From assembly GCF_023630205.1 (NCBI RefSeq), contig NZ_JALPRR010000002.1, forward strand, positions 300,899 through 364,898: a DNA stretch of 64,000 nt. Reading direction: 5' to 3'. The stretch comes from Pontibacter ruber. GTDB taxonomy: Bacteria; Bacteroidota; Bacteroidia; Cytophagales; Hymenobacteraceae. Of this stretch, positions 1-10,938 are shown piece by piece. The notes below the pieces were generated by a model, which saw nothing but the letters and a program-made list of their open reading frames with translations, was not told the DNA's origin and searched no databases. Each line of letters opens with the position of its first letter. The first letter of the stretch is position 1. The position numbers and the translations under genes were made by a program.

Positions 1-179
1 GGGTGCTGCGTTCTGTAGCCAATCTTACCCGCCGGGACGGAGAGGAGTTCCTGCAACTGGCACCCCAGATCCCGGTTAAAACAGAGACACAGCTGTTCCT
101 CCTGCGCCAGGCCAACGAGGCGCTGGCCGCCCTGAAGCAGGGCCGGATACAGGGGGCAGCTGTGCTGGTGATGTCGTAA
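1..179 (+). CDS. 3' end of a zinc-binding alcohol dehydrogenase family gene (5'-partial)
   Basis: Frame 3 translates to ...LAPQIPVKTETQLFLLRQANEALAALKQGRIQGAAVLVMS*. This matches the conserved C-terminus of MDR/zinc-ADH enzymes. Stop TAA at 177-179. Confidence 0.6.
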   Translation, partial: VLRSVANLTRRDGEEFLQLAPQIPVKTETQLFLLRQANEALAALKQGRIQGAAVLVMS

Positions 180-195
180 TGGCTTTATTCTTTGG

Positions 196-885
196 TCAGA
201 AGTTGATGGTAAAGGTGGTGGTATCCTGCAGTTTCAGGTTCACAGTTTCCTCATACTTCCTGATATCCTTATCCTGTACAACGCTCCATCTTAAACGTAC
301 CTGCGGATGCTGCGCGTAAATGAACGCGTTGGTAATGGCAGTATCTGCTAAACTATACAAGCGGTTATTGATGATATGAAGCGTTGTGGGCGAGGTAGGG
401 GCTGGGTTTGATTGGTCGGGCTTTGTATTCCATTCGATCTGCAGGAAAGGCTCTTCGGACCTGTTTGTGGCTGTGCTCTTAAAGTTCAGTTTCAGGTACG
501 CCGATTTGCCCAACACGATCGTATCCTGGTTTGTTTTGGCGTAATCGATCAGAGAAGCAAGCGTTATGGGATCGTTGCTCTCCTGGTAGCCAGGCTTGCG
601 GGCGTTTACACGGTAAACCACCATCTTCTGATCGATTGGGGTGGTAAATTTATACCGGCCACTCTGGTCGGTGACGGTGCTGTCCGCGATGGCGCCTTCA
701 AATTTTGCCTTGTCATCGATCAGGATACCTGTGCCGCGGGTAAAAATTATCTTGGTGTTCGGGAGGGGCATACGGGATTCGTAATCCAGCACCACGCCCT
801 CAAAAGTGGCCTTTTCCACTTCGTCTTTCTTACAAGACAAAAGCGATAGAAGGCCCATTAAGTATAAAGGGTAAAGTTTTTTCAT
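196..885 (-). CDS. lipoprotein with a carboxypeptidase-regulatory-like beta-sandwich domain
   Basis: 229-aa ORF with a real ATG. N-terminus MKKLYPLYLMGLLSLLSC carries a lipobox. The segment FEGVVLDYESRMPLPNTKIIFTRG...DQSGRYKF resembles a CarbopepD_reg-like fold. Confidence 0.65.
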   Translation of the reverse strand: MKKLYPLYLMGLLSLLSCKKDEVEKATFEGVVLDYESRMPLPNTKIIFTRGTGILIDDKAKFEGAIADSTVTDQSGRYKFTTPIDQKMVVYRVNARKPGYQESNDPITLASLIDYAKTNQDTIVLGKSAYLKLNFKSTATNRSEEPFLQIEWNTKPDQSNPAPTSPTTLHIINNRLYSLADTAITNAFIYAQHPQVRLRWSVVQDKDIRKYEETVNLKLQDTTTFTINF

Positions 886-1077
886 ATATGTTTAGCTTTA
901 TACTACCTCTACGAAATGCAGGCGTCGAAGTGATATTGAAATGGAGAGTTTAGGTAAAATATTTATGAGGCGAGGTTTTGTGTCCTTTTCAGCACTACGT
1001 GTTTTGCCAACCTATTGCTGAAAAGCGAAAGAGGCGCTGTTGCATACACCTCCTGTTAAATGCCATTACTATTACCA

Positions 1078-1554
1078 TTATTTCAATCTGATAGGTATCC
1101 AGATTTCCTCTTCCGAGTCGGGGCTGCCGTTTTTATACTTTTCGCCAAGTACTTCGAAATGAGGCCGGTTGTCTAACAGGTAATCGGAGTTTGGCAGCCA
1201 GGAAGAATAAATGTAGTCGAAGATTCCGGTGTCGGTGCCGGAGCCTTTGTAGTGGAATACCGCATACAGGCCGGCCGGCAAAGTATACGTTTCCATCTCA
1301 TCAGGTACGGTATTAAAGTTTGTCACCTCAAGCTCCGCCCATTTCTCAAATGGATTGCTTGGGCTAAAACTTTCAAAATACAGAGGGCCATACACATTCA
1401 TCGAGTAGAGCTCCGGCCCCATGCTGTTCTGAATCTCCTTTCTCCGTGGCATAAATCCTTTCCAGAGTTCGCCTGTCCTGTTATCCGTCAAAGACATGGT
1501 TATCTTTTTACCGATAAGTTTCTTTTCAGCTAGTGTTTCGATCCGGGGTTCCAT
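1078..1554 (-). CDS. GyrI-like / AraC effector-binding domain small-molecule binding protein
   Basis: 158 aa. The sequence MEPRIETLAEKKLIGKKITMS...LPAGLYAVFHYKGSG is typical of the GyrI-like family. Confidence 0.65.
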   Translation of the reverse strand: MEPRIETLAEKKLIGKKITMSLTDNRTGELWKGFMPRRKEIQNSMGPELYSMNVYGPLYFESFSPSNPFEKWAELEVTNFNTVPDEMETYTLPAGLYAVFHYKGSGTDTGIFDYIYSSWLPNSDYLLDNRPHFEVLGEKYKNGSPDSEEEIWIPIRLK

Positions 1555-1658
1555 GGTTTTGATGTTTTGGCCGAGGTGGGGCTATATGCGCTAACGTGTT
1601 CGTGTAGCAGAGGCACAGCGTCAGCAATCCTTGCTGCTATACCTTGTTGGGCAATGAA

Positions 1659-2663
1659 TTATTTCTTTACAAGCCATTCCTTCCAGTCCTGTGCCACCCC
1701 ATCCCAACCAAAGTCGTCATAGTTCACCTTTCCACTTTCGTCAAAGCCAAAGAAGTTATGCTCCCTGCCTACATATGGCATGAAAGTGAAGTTCTTCTTT
1801 TTATTTCGAATAGTCTCTAGGTGCATGTAATCAAAAAAAGGCGCAACGATGTCTTTTGTGCCGTAAGCAATCAATACTGGTATTTTCAGCTTGCGCAATG
1901 AATCTATAGGTGGCTTGGAGAAGCTGTAAATGGATTTGAATGTAGTCTCTCCCTGAACCTGATTATTCTCTTGGTCGTTGATCAGTTCTTGCCACAATTC
2001 AAACTGCTTCTCTGTTGCCGTTCCCAATGAGTCGTCTTGTTGCCTCATCTGTGAAATGATGGTCATCATTCTCCCGAAAGGGTTGGTGCTTGCGAAAATG
2101 AGGCGCGTAACGTCCTTTGACAGCTCCGCTAGCTTAGCCGCTACGGCAGCGCCCTCTGAGTGACCAGCAACAACTACTTCTTCTTCACTAATCCACGTTT
2201 GCTTCTGTAAGAATTTTATCACTTCCTTGTTTCTGCTGGCATAGTAGTCTAGATTATCCCGCTTGACGTATTTCTCAGGGAAGTTGTTGGTTTCAGGGTT
2301 CACGTAAGCCATATCTCTCCGCAACTCGCTCGCCTCACGGATAAGCGGCACGTATGGTTTGCTGATGATGGCAAGGTGGTAATCATTCAATAGTATTCCC
2401 GCTTCAAAAGGGAACACCATGTATGGCTTTCCATTCTCCTGAAGCTTGATGAGCGGCTTTGGGAGCGACCCTTGGATGAAGAGGAACAGCGGCTTCTCCA
2501 TTTCTTCTTCACCTCTTTTCGACAGCACCAGAATGTCCACCGTATCCTGCTTGTAAAGAGTTTGCAGGTGTCTGAAGCCGAAGTCCTCTGGTTTCTTAGC
2601 TTGGGCTGCGACATGAAAGCAAAACAGTAATGGAAGGAAAAAGAGCAGTAATGTTTGTTTCAT
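1659..2663 (-). CDS. secreted alpha/beta-hydrolase
   Basis: 334 aa. Signal peptide MKQTLLLFFLPLLFCFHVAAQA. Nucleophile elbow GHSEGA (GxSxG). Confidence 0.7.
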   Translation of the reverse strand: MKQTLLLFFLPLLFCFHVAAQAKKPEDFGFRHLQTLYKQDTVDILVLSKRGEEEMEKPLFLFIQGSLPKPLIKLQENGKPYMVFPFEAGILLNDYHLAIISKPYVPLIREASELRRDMAYVNPETNNFPEKYVKRDNLDYYASRNKEVIKFLQKQTWISEEEVVVAGHSEGAAVAAKLAELSKDVTRLIFASTNPFGRMMTIISQMRQQDDSLGTATEKQFELWQELINDQENNQVQGETTFKSIYSFSKPPIDSLRKLKIPVLIAYGTKDIVAPFFDYMHLETIRNKKKNFTFMPYVGREHNFFGFDESGKVNYDDFGWDGVAQDWKEWLVKK

Positions 2664-2960
2664 TTATCTTGATGATTTTTTGCCCAACTATATAAACGTC
2701 ACTATGACTGTTATCTGCATTATATGCGAAGATGCACCTCTAAAAATAAATATACTATTAAGCTAATGTATAATTATGTTCAGACAAATTAATCTTACTC
2801 CCGAAACTTTAAATTTAGATTTAATATCACCTGCCTGATCTACAAGCCATATGTAATCAACATCTCAGTTACAGATAGCTATACTTTGACTCACCTATAA
2901 CAACTGCTTTTGTACTTCAGAGTACATACTCTATAACCGAACCTGAAAGTATAAAAGCAG

Positions 2961-3689
2961 ATGATGAAGCAGACGGCCAGTTTCCGTTTCTTTGGGGCAC
3001 TGAACGATTTCCTGAGACCTTACCAAAAAGAAGTATGGATAACCTACCACTTCGACGGGACACCGGCGGTAAAGGACGCGATTGAAGCTATCGGCGTGCC
3101 CCACCCGGAAGTGCAAAAGATCCGGATAAACGAGGAAGTTGCTGCCTTTTATACGCGCCTGCACCCGGACGATCGGGTGGAAGTATATCCTGCTGAATCA
3201 GGAAAAAAGCAGCCTGTAAAGCCAGCAGACGCAACGTTTATACTGGATGTGCACCTGGGCAAGCTGGCCAGAGGCATGCGCATGCTGGGCTTCGACACAA
3301 CGTATGAGAACAGCTTCTCCGACAAAACCATTGTAGAAATAGCTGTAACCGAAAACCGCATTGTGCTGACGCGGGATGTTGACCTGCTCAAAAACAAAGC
3401 CATTGAACGTGGCTACTGGCTGCGCTCACAGCATGCAGAGGAGCAGTTAACAGAGGTGATCCGATATTTTGGGCTGGCAGGTAAGTTGCGGCCGTTTGCA
3501 CGTTGCATTGTTTGCAACGGCAGCATCGCGGCAGTGCCCAAGGAGGAAGTATGGGATGTGTTGCCGCCTAAAACAAAACTATACTTTGATGAATTTTTTA
3601 AGTGTACCTCCTGCAGCCGCGTTTACTGGAAAGGGTCGCATTACGAACACATGCTGCAGTTCATAGAGCGCATGGAGCAACAGCAATAA
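2961..3689 (+). CDS. Mut7-C RNase (PIN-like) domain protein with C-terminal zinc ribbon
   Basis: 242 aa. FILDVHLGKLARGMRMLGFDT matches the Mut7-C family core. C-terminal CIVCNGS...CTSCSRVYWKGSH forms a Cys4 ribbon. Confidence 0.65.
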   Translation: MMKQTASFRFFGALNDFLRPYQKEVWITYHFDGTPAVKDAIEAIGVPHPEVQKIRINEEVAAFYTRLHPDDRVEVYPAESGKKQPVKPADATFILDVHLGKLARGMRMLGFDTTYENSFSDKTIVEIAVTENRIVLTRDVDLLKNKAIERGYWLRSQHAEEQLTEVIRYFGLAGKLRPFARCIVCNGSIAAVPKEEVWDVLPPKTKLYFDEFFKCTSCSRVYWKGSHYEHMLQFIERMEQQQ

Positions 3690-3738
3690 GCCCGGGTGTG
3701 CATAATAACGAAACATAGGCAACTGCAACAGTGCGCTT

Positions 3739-4533
3739 CTACGGTGCAAGGTTAAACTGCACCTCATCCACCGTACCTTTAAAGTAGTCGTAATCGCCCT
3801 CTGGTAAGTGCCAGGTTGCTGTCGCATAGCTTGGGTATTTCAGCGCATCGATCTCCTGGTAACAGCTCACCGTAACCGACCAGGGCACTTTCTTATACGC
3901 TGAGCCTTCCAGGGCAAGGTACCTGTCGTTCGTTTCGAAGCGTTCAAAAAGGCCTTCGTTGCTGAAGTAGAAAGTGCCTTCTACGGTTATATTATTGTAG
4001 TGCAGCTGCCCTCGCGCGGCCTGGCCTATAACCGTTTTCCAGGACACATAAGCCTGTAGCGCATAAGCCGGCAAAAATGCACATTCCGATAAAACAGTTA
4101 CCAGGGCAGAAGCGTCCATTTCAGGCCCCGAGTAGTCGGCTACCTGTAGCAGCTTCAGGAGCCGGATCTGCATACTTCCGTGGCCATCTTTATACTTGTC
4201 GTATCCCTCAAAAGGCAGCACTCCCATCATGGCGCTGTGGATGTAAGCCATCCGGACAGGCTCGGGCACCGCGTTGAATTGCTCGTAATCGACATGCATC
4301 CAGTTTTGCTCAGGGCCAGTCCGGAACATCACATCTTTCCATTTTATACTTGCGCTGACATGCCTCTCCCTGCCAAGGTAGCCACAGTAGGTAATGTATT
4401 TCCGGAACGGCTCGGGCAGGTAGGCTATGTGTTCAGGTAAAAGCAGCGATTCTGGTTGGCCGGCATACTTTTCCAGCTCAGCCCTTGTCTCGGCCTGATA
4501 GATTTTCCTGAGCGATCGGAGCGCAATAGCCAT
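3739..4533 (-). CDS. hypothetical protein
   Basis: 264-aa ORF with an ATG start and uniform coding statistics. I did not recognise any family. Confidence 0.5.
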   Translation of the reverse strand: MAIALRSLRKIYQAETRAELEKYAGQPESLLLPEHIAYLPEPFRKYITYCGYLGRERHVSASIKWKDVMFRTGPEQNWMHVDYEQFNAVPEPVRMAYIHSAMMGVLPFEGYDKYKDGHGSMQIRLLKLLQVADYSGPEMDASALVTVLSECAFLPAYALQAYVSWKTVIGQAARGQLHYNNITVEGTFYFSNEGLFERFETNDRYLALEGSAYKKVPWSVTVSCYQEIDALKYPSYATATWHLPEGDYDYFKGTVDEVQFNLAP

Positions 4534-4652
4534 AGCCTGTAACGTGAGGTAAAACTGCTGAAGGGCATCATGCGAGGTCGGAGCCGAGTGGTTACTAATG
4601 TCTTACGTACAGGATAAAAAGATGTGCGGGTTACAGGTTGGAAAGTATGCGT

Positions 4653-5954
4653 TTAAAAAATGAGCGCCATGATAGCAAAGAAATCGATCACCCATAAGGC
4701 AAGGCTGATCTCCTTGCGCTTACCTGTAACCAGCTTCAGGGCCGTCCAGCTCAGAAACCCCCAGATGATACCCTGCGTGATGGAGTAGGTGAAGGGAATC
4801 AGTACCATGGCCAGGAAAGCAGGTATGGCCTCGTCCAGCTCGCTCCAGTTGATCTTGATGACAGGACGCACCATAAACGCACCGACCAGCACCAGGGCAG
4901 GAGCAGTAGCAATAGCCGGTATGATCGAGAGCAGCGGTGCCATAAACAGGAAAGGCAGGAACAGCAAGCCACCCACAACGGCGGTAAGCCCGGTACGGCC
5001 ACCTGCCTCGATACCCACCGCCGACTCTACATAGGCTGTGCCCGGGCTGGAGCCCACCAGACCTGCCAGCGTGGTTGCCACCGCGTCGGTTGTCAGGGCT
5101 TGTTTCACGTTACGGGGTTCGCCGTGCTCATCCATCAGGTTGGCAGCCTCCGCCAAACCTACAAACGTAGATATACTATCAAACATATCGGTGAACACAA
5201 AGGCGAAGATCACCGGCACAATAGACAGTTTCAGTGAGTTAACCAGGTCCAGTTGCAGCAGCAGGCTGAAATCGGGAGCAGAAAAAACACCATTGAAATT
5301 TATCAGCGGGTCCAAGTCCGTAGCCCACCAGCGGCCCAGCGGGTAGGCGGCCAGCGTGGTAAATATGATACCGATCAGCATGCCACCCCGCACATTCTTT
5401 ACCAGCAAAATCGCCGTCAGCAGCAAGCCTGCCAGGAACGTAAGCAGAGCCGGGTTCATGGGGCCTAGGCCAATGATGGTAGCCGGGTTTGCAACGATAA
5501 ACTTGGCGTTGGCAAAGCCGATCAGGGTAATGAAAAGACCTATACCTGCTGCAATGGCAAATCGCAACGGACGCGGGATAGCCCGCAAAATGAGGGTACG
5601 AACGTTAAAAACAGAGAGAATAAGAAACACGATACCTGACCAGAATACTGCCCCGAGCGCCACCTGCCAGCTCACCCCCATGCCCAGCACAGCCGAGTAG
5701 GTGAAAAAAGCATTCAGTCCCATGCCGGGCGCCACCAAGATCGGGTTGCGGGCATACAGCCCCATCATCACGCTGCTGAAGAAGGACACCAGCACCGTGG
5801 CAGTTAAAACGCCCGAGAAAGGCATGCCTGCCTGGCTAAGTATGCTGGGGTTTACTACAATGATATAGGCCGTCGCCAGAAAGGAAGAGATCCCGGCAAT
5901 GATCTCGGTCTGTATCGTGGTTCCGTTTTTCTTCAGCTCGAAGTATGATTCCAT
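4653..5954 (-). CDS. NCS2-family purine permease (AzgA/PbuG-like adenine/guanine/hypoxanthine transporter)
   Basis: 433 aa with multiple transmembrane segments. The N-terminus MESYFELKKNGTTIQTEIIAG and PGMGLNAFFTYSAV are characteristic of AzgA-like permeases. Confidence 0.85.
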   Translation of the reverse strand: MESYFELKKNGTTIQTEIIAGISSFLATAYIIVVNPSILSQAGMPFSGVLTATVLVSFFSSVMMGLYARNPILVAPGMGLNAFFTYSAVLGMGVSWQVALGAVFWSGIVFLILSVFNVRTLILRAIPRPLRFAIAAGIGLFITLIGFANAKFIVANPATIIGLGPMNPALLTFLAGLLLTAILLVKNVRGGMLIGIIFTTLAAYPLGRWWATDLDPLINFNGVFSAPDFSLLLQLDLVNSLKLSIVPVIFAFVFTDMFDSISTFVGLAEAANLMDEHGEPRNVKQALTTDAVATTLAGLVGSSPGTAYVESAVGIEAGGRTGLTAVVGGLLFLPFLFMAPLLSIIPAIATAPALVLVGAFMVRPVIKINWSELDEAIPAFLAMVLIPFTYSITQGIIWGFLSWTALKLVTGKRKEISLALWVIDFFAIMALIF

Positions 5955-6416
5955 CTGGAGTATGTATAGAAAAGTAGAAAAGCCCGCTCATCAGCAGGTT
6001 AAAGGGAAGCATCAAAAGTAAGAAAAATCCGCTATAGTGAAAGCGGCCCCGGCAGCTAATTGCATTAAATGATACCTGGAAAGGACTGCGTTTTTGCATC
6101 ACGTCCTGTAGGTTTTACTCGTCAGTCATACTTTTTTGTACCCTGTTTGAGGGGTTGAATTTTCTTACCACAGCAATTTTTAGCGCATTAAATGTAACTC
6201 TCACAGCTTATCGAGTACAGCTCGTAATTAAATTGTGTTGCACCAATTACCTTCCTACTACAACCCCGTATATATTAATTCCTTAATAGCCCCCTATACA
6301 ACTGAGTTTTTGTAAGTATAAATATCCTGATAGCAGAAATGCTGTTGGGCATTACTCAGGTAAGTAGGCGTGCATGGAATTGAGAAACACAACTGTAAAT
6401 ATCTAACGATGAACCT

Positions 6417-9392
6417 ATGAAACGAAAATTTTTACTCTTTCTTTGCCTGTTTTGGGTACACCTTGTTTTCGCACAGGAAAACATAACCGTAACAGGTAAA
6501 GTAACAGACGCTACAAACGGACAGCCACTGATCGGGGCCGGCGTTCAGGTAAAAGGAACAACCACCGGTGTGCAGGCTGACGCAGAGGGTAATTTTACGC
6601 TGAGTGCTCCTGCAAACGGTACCCTTGTTGTTGATTACCTGGGGTATGAACGGCAAGAAGTTCCCATCAATAACCAGACAACCCTGAATATCCAGTTATC
6701 TCCTTCGGCTACAAAACTGACGGAAGTGGTGGTAACAGGTTATGGTACACAGGAAAAAAGAGACGTAACCGGCTCCATCAGCTCTGTAAAGAGCGAGGAA
6801 CTGACAAGGCAGGCATCCCAGAACCCTGTAAGTTCTATACAAGGCAAAGTGGCAGGTGTACAGATATCGAACACGGGTCAGCCGGGTGCATCCCCAACGG
6901 TACGTATCAGAGGTACGGGCTCTATTTTGGGCAGGGCAGAGCCATTGTACGTTGTAGATGGTACTATCGTGGATAACCTTAGCTTCCTGAACCCGGCAGA
7001 CATCGAATCCATGGAGATCCTGAAGGACGCCTCCAGTGCCTCAATTTATGGGTTGCGCGCAGCTAACGGTGTAATTCTGGTTACTACCAAGCGCGGACGT
7101 ACCGGTGAGCCACGTATAAATTACAATGGCTTTGTAGGCGTGCAGCGGGTAACAAACCAGGTAGAGATGGCCAATGCCAATGAATACGCCGAGCTTATCA
7201 ACCAGAAAGAAGGCACGGAACTGGTAGAACCCAACCAACCTTCTACCGACTGGTACGATGAAATCCTGCGTTCTGCCCTGATCACCAACCACCAGTTAAG
7301 CTTCTCAGGCGGTACCGATCGGCTTTCCTACAGCCTTAGTGGCGGTTACCTGAACCAGGAAGGTATTGTAGATGGTAATAAGTATGAACGCGTTACTGCC
7401 AGGCTGCAGACAGATTTTAATGTTTCAGATCATGTTAAGATAGGCTATAATGGTATATTCTACGATTATAATTCCGATGATGTGCCGACTGGTGTGGTTT
7501 ACCAGGCATACGTGATGCCTCCGGTTATACCTGTTTTCAAGGAAGATGGTAACTATGGCGATCCAATTGATTATGGCTTGGGTACTTTCGGTAACCCACG
7601 TGCCGCCCTGGATTGGTATAACCAGAAATCTGATGGACAGAGCCTGACCGGTAATGCTTTTGGTGAAGTTAAATTCCTTGAGAACTTTACCTTCCGTACC
7701 AGTTTTGGATTGAACTATGCTATAAATGAATTCCGAAACTATGTTGCGGAAGACTCGCTTACCTCTACACAAGTTGCCCGACGAAGTACCTTAACCAGAT
7801 CTAAAAGCAAGGCAACACGCTGGCTCTTCGAAAACACTTTAACTTTTGATAAACAATTCGGGGATCATGAACTGACAGTGTTATTAGGTACCTCTTCTCA
7901 GGAAGATAGAAATGAAACATTGGCAGGATCGGCCAACGATGTGCCATTTGAGTCGGAGGGTTCCTTGTACCTGAACCTGGGTGATCCTGAAACCTTCCTG
8001 ATCACCAACTCAGCAGGTAAGTCTACTTTGTTGTCTTACTTTGGTCGTGTCAACTACAGCTTCCTTAACCGCTATTTGCTCACCGCTACGCTGCGCCGGG
8101 ATGGTTCTTCCAAATTTCCGGAAGACGAGCGCTTCGATTATTTCCCGGCTGTGGGTTTAGGTTGGGTTGTGTCCGATGAGCCCTTTATGGAAGGCCAGCA
8201 AATCTTCGACTATTTCAAGTTGCGCGGCAGCTGGGGCAAGCTGGGTAACAGCGATATCCCGGCTAACATCACTGTAAGAGTACCCGACCTGGACAACCCA
8301 ATTTACATTGCCATATTGGGTGGTATACCTTATCCGGGTGGTACTTACAACCTGGCTGTACCTCCTACACTTTTTTGGGAAGTAGTTAAGGAAACAGATA
8401 TTGGGGCGGAATTTGCTTTCTTCAACAACAAACTGACAGTGGAGGCAGACTGGTATAACAGGGCCACAGAAGACGCAGTTTTCAGCACCCCACTGCTCGG
8501 GTCCCAAGGTACGCTCTCAAGTGAGGTGCTGGGTAACTTTGCTGACTTCCGGAACCGGGGCTTTGAATTTGTAGCTTCCTGGAATTCGGACAATGACACA
8601 GACTTCAGCTATACCATAAGTGGTAACTTCTCAACCAACAACAATGAAGTAACTGCAATTGCAACCGACCTTCCTCAGTTTAGTGGTGGCTTGCCGGTTG
8701 GCCGCATCTTTACAAGCGTTACCCGTGTGGGCGATCCGATTGGCTCTTTTTATGGCTATATCGTAGACGGTATTTTCCAGGATGAGCAGGAGATCGCAGG
8801 GTCGGCACAGGCTGATGTTACGGGTGTAGCGCCTGGTGATTTCCGTTACCGTGACCTTAACGGTGATAACATCATTGATGCAAGAGATAAGACTATCATA
8901 GGTAATCCGAACCCGGGCTTCTACTATGGTCTCAATACCAATTTCCGATATAAGAGCTGGGATTTTCAGTTAGACCTGCAGGGTGTAGGCGATGTGGATA
9001 TATACAATGCGAATAAAGGCGTTCGTTTTGGTAACGAGAACTACACGAAAGATTTTTATGACAACCGCTGGAATGGTCCAGGCACCTCCAACGAGTATCC
9101 GGGTCCTAACCTGAAAGATGCCAATATTCAATCCAATAGCTGGTTTGTGGAAGATGGCAGTTACATACGCATACGTAATATCCAGTTAGGATATGCCTTG
9201 CCGACAGACCTTACAAAACGCTGGAAAATGGAAGGTATCCGTTTCTTCGTTAACGCCCAGAATCCGGTAACCTGGTTTGATTACACTGGCTTTACACCGG
9301 AGGTGGGCGGTCCACCAAACAGTGCCGGCGTAGACCTGAACGTGTATCCGCTTTCTGCTACATACAATTTTGGTGTAGATGTAAACTTCTAG
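6417..9392 (+). CDS. susC: SusC/RagA-family TonB-dependent outer-membrane transporter
   Basis: 991 aa with a signal peptide. Carboxypeptidase-regulatory-like N-domain (ITVTGKVTDATNGQPLIGAGVQVKG), TonB-box-like VVVTGYG and a C-terminal beta-barrel ending in F. Immediately followed by SusD. Confidence 0.9.
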   Translation: MKRKFLLFLCLFWVHLVFAQENITVTGKVTDATNGQPLIGAGVQVKGTTTGVQADAEGNFTLSAPANGTLVVDYLGYERQEVPINNQTTLNIQLSPSATKLTEVVVTGYGTQEKRDVTGSISSVKSEELTRQASQNPVSSIQGKVAGVQISNTGQPGASPTVRIRGTGSILGRAEPLYVVDGTIVDNLSFLNPADIESMEILKDASSASIYGLRAANGVILVTTKRGRTGEPRINYNGFVGVQRVTNQVEMANANEYAELINQKEGTELVEPNQPSTDWYDEILRSALITNHQLSFSGGTDRLSYSLSGGYLNQEGIVDGNKYERVTARLQTDFNVSDHVKIGYNGIFYDYNSDDVPTGVVYQAYVMPPVIPVFKEDGNYGDPIDYGLGTFGNPRAALDWYNQKSDGQSLTGNAFGEVKFLENFTFRTSFGLNYAINEFRNYVAEDSLTSTQVARRSTLTRSKSKATRWLFENTLTFDKQFGDHELTVLLGTSSQEDRNETLAGSANDVPFESEGSLYLNLGDPETFLITNSAGKSTLLSYFGRVNYSFLNRYLLTATLRRDGSSKFPEDERFDYFPAVGLGWVVSDEPFMEGQQIFDYFKLRGSWGKLGNSDIPANITVRVPDLDNPIYIAILGGIPYPGGTYNLAVPPTLFWEVVKETDIGAEFAFFNNKLTVEADWYNRATEDAVFSTPLLGSQGTLSSEVLGNFADFRNRGFEFVASWNSDNDTDFSYTISGNFSTNNNEVTAIATDLPQFSGGLPVGRIFTSVTRVGDPIGSFYGYIVDGIFQDEQEIAGSAQADVTGVAPGDFRYRDLNGDNIIDARDKTIIGNPNPGFYYGLNTNFRYKSWDFQLDLQGVGDVDIYNANKGVRFGNENYTKDFYDNRWNGPGTSNEYPGPNLKDANIQSNSWFVEDGSYIRIRNIQLGYALPTDLTKRWKMEGIRFFVNAQNPVTWFDYTGFTPEVGGPPNSAGVDLNVYPLSATYNFGVDVNF

Positions 9393-9394
9393 AA

Positions 9395-10885
9395 ATGAAA
9401 ACAGGAACAGAACATATGGAAAAGATTTTTAAAAAGGTGAAAAGGAAAGTACCTGTATTAGCCTTTGCTCTTGCACTTGGCGCCCTTTATGCGTGTGACA
9501 AAGATTTTTTGGATGTAGAGCCGCAGGCTGCCACTGAAGAGACCTTTTTTGAGACAGAAGAGGATGCCATCAGATCAGTTAACGCCATTTATGGTAACCT
9601 CCGAGAATGGAAGGTAGCGGCTTTTGCGCACCTGGCACTTACACATGTTGCCTCCGATAATGCTGAAAAAGGTAGCGACCCGGGTGATGCCGCTTTTATG
9701 AATGACTTTGATAACTTCACTGCTTCCCCAACCCAGTTCATTCTTGATGATTACTGGACAGGGCAATACCAGGCAATTAACCTGACCAACCAGGCTATCA
9801 CCAATATTCCGCCTATCCCGATGGACGAGAACCTGAAGAACAGGTTGATAGCAGAAGCTAAGTTCCTGCGGGCGCACCACTACTTTAACCTGGTAAGGGC
9901 TTTCGGCGATGTGCCTTTGATTACCAAAATATCCAAGGAGCCGACGGCTGAAGAACTTAATCCAGGTAGAACTCCGAAAGAGCAGGTGTATGCCCAGATC
10001 ATAACTGACCTGGACTCTGCAGCCATGATCCTGCCTGTAAGGTATGGTGCTGCCGATGTAGGACGTGCTACGAAGGGAGCCGCTCTATCACTGCTGGCCA
10101 AAGTAGAAATGTACCAGAAGAACTGGCAGCAGGTGTTTGATCTTACGCAGCAGGTAATGGGGCTTGGCTATTCGCTTACTCCAAAATATTATGATATTTT
10201 CCGAATTTCCGGGGAAAATAATAGTGAGTCTATTTTCGAAGTGCAGGCTCAAACAATCCCGGGTAACTGTGGTGCCTCTAATTCTCAGTGGGCAGAAACT
10301 CAGGGAGTTCGCGGGCAGTTTGGATGGGGCTTTTTCATCCCAACCACTGACCTGGAAAATGCCTACGAACCTGGCGATGAACGCAAAGACGCAACTATAC
10401 TTTACCGGGGCGAGGTAACACCGGAAGGAGACAAGATCAATGACAACGCCCCTAATCCACGCTACAACCAGAAGGCTTATGTGCCTGCTTCAGTTACACA
10501 GGAATGCGGCTATGCCAAAGATCAGAATATCCGCATTCTGCGTTATGCGGAAGTATTGCTGATGCACGCTGAGGCAGCCAATGAGTTGGGTAATACACAA
10601 GCTGCGTTGGATGCTCTGAACCAGGTGCGAAACCGTGCGGGTTTATCCGATGTAACGGTAACTGACAAAGATGAATTGCGCAACATTATCTGGCATGAGC
10701 GCCGGGTAGAACTGGCACTGGAAAGCGGCGATCGCTTCTTCGACCTGGTGCGCCAGGGCAGGGCTGCTGAGGTGTTCCAGGCACAGGGTAAAAACTTTAT
10801 TGCAGGAAAGCATGAGGTTTTTCCTATACCACAGCGCCAGATCGACCTGAGCGCCGGCAAATTAACCCAAAACCCAGGTTATTAA
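9395..10885 (+). CDS. susD: SusD/RagB-family nutrient-binding outer-membrane lipoprotein
   Basis: 496 aa. Lipoprotein signal LAFALALGALYAC and TPR-like helical SusD features. Lies 3 nt after the susC stop. Confidence 0.9.
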   Translation: MKTGTEHMEKIFKKVKRKVPVLAFALALGALYACDKDFLDVEPQAATEETFFETEEDAIRSVNAIYGNLREWKVAAFAHLALTHVASDNAEKGSDPGDAAFMNDFDNFTASPTQFILDDYWTGQYQAINLTNQAITNIPPIPMDENLKNRLIAEAKFLRAHHYFNLVRAFGDVPLITKISKEPTAEELNPGRTPKEQVYAQIITDLDSAAMILPVRYGAADVGRATKGAALSLLAKVEMYQKNWQQVFDLTQQVMGLGYSLTPKYYDIFRISGENNSESIFEVQAQTIPGNCGASNSQWAETQGVRGQFGWGFFIPTTDLENAYEPGDERKDATILYRGEVTPEGDKINDNAPNPRYNQKAYVPASVTQECGYAKDQNIRILRYAEVLLMHAEAANELGNTQAALDALNQVRNRAGLSDVTVTDKDELRNIIWHERRVELALESGDRFFDLVRQGRAAEVFQAQGKNFIAGKHEVFPIPQRQIDLSAGKLTQNPGY

Positions 10886-10895
10886 TCAATGATAA

Positions 10896-10938
10896 AAGTA
10901 TAGAGCCGCCAATGCGCGGCTCTATACTTTTTATACTT
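10896..10938 (+). terminator. intrinsic terminator hairpin between susD and the first hydrolase
   Basis: Stem aaagtatagagccgc / gcggctctatacttt (15 bp), 6-nt loop, followed by a T-rich tail. The arms carry the AAGTATA motif. Confidence 0.6.

Noticed and set aside
412-849. 145-aa plus-strand ORF overlapping the lipoprotein gene
   Set aside because: Antisense to a gene with a clear signal peptide. No features of its own.
5955-6416. Possible purine riboswitch upstream of the NCS2 purine permease, or a regulatory RNA or tRNA in the 460-nt gap before susC
   Set aside because: I read both strands. There is no P1/P2/P3 purine-aptamer consensus (UAUA...GGGA...CCGUAAAU) and no cloverleaf. The region looks like ordinary AT-rich divergent promoter DNA.
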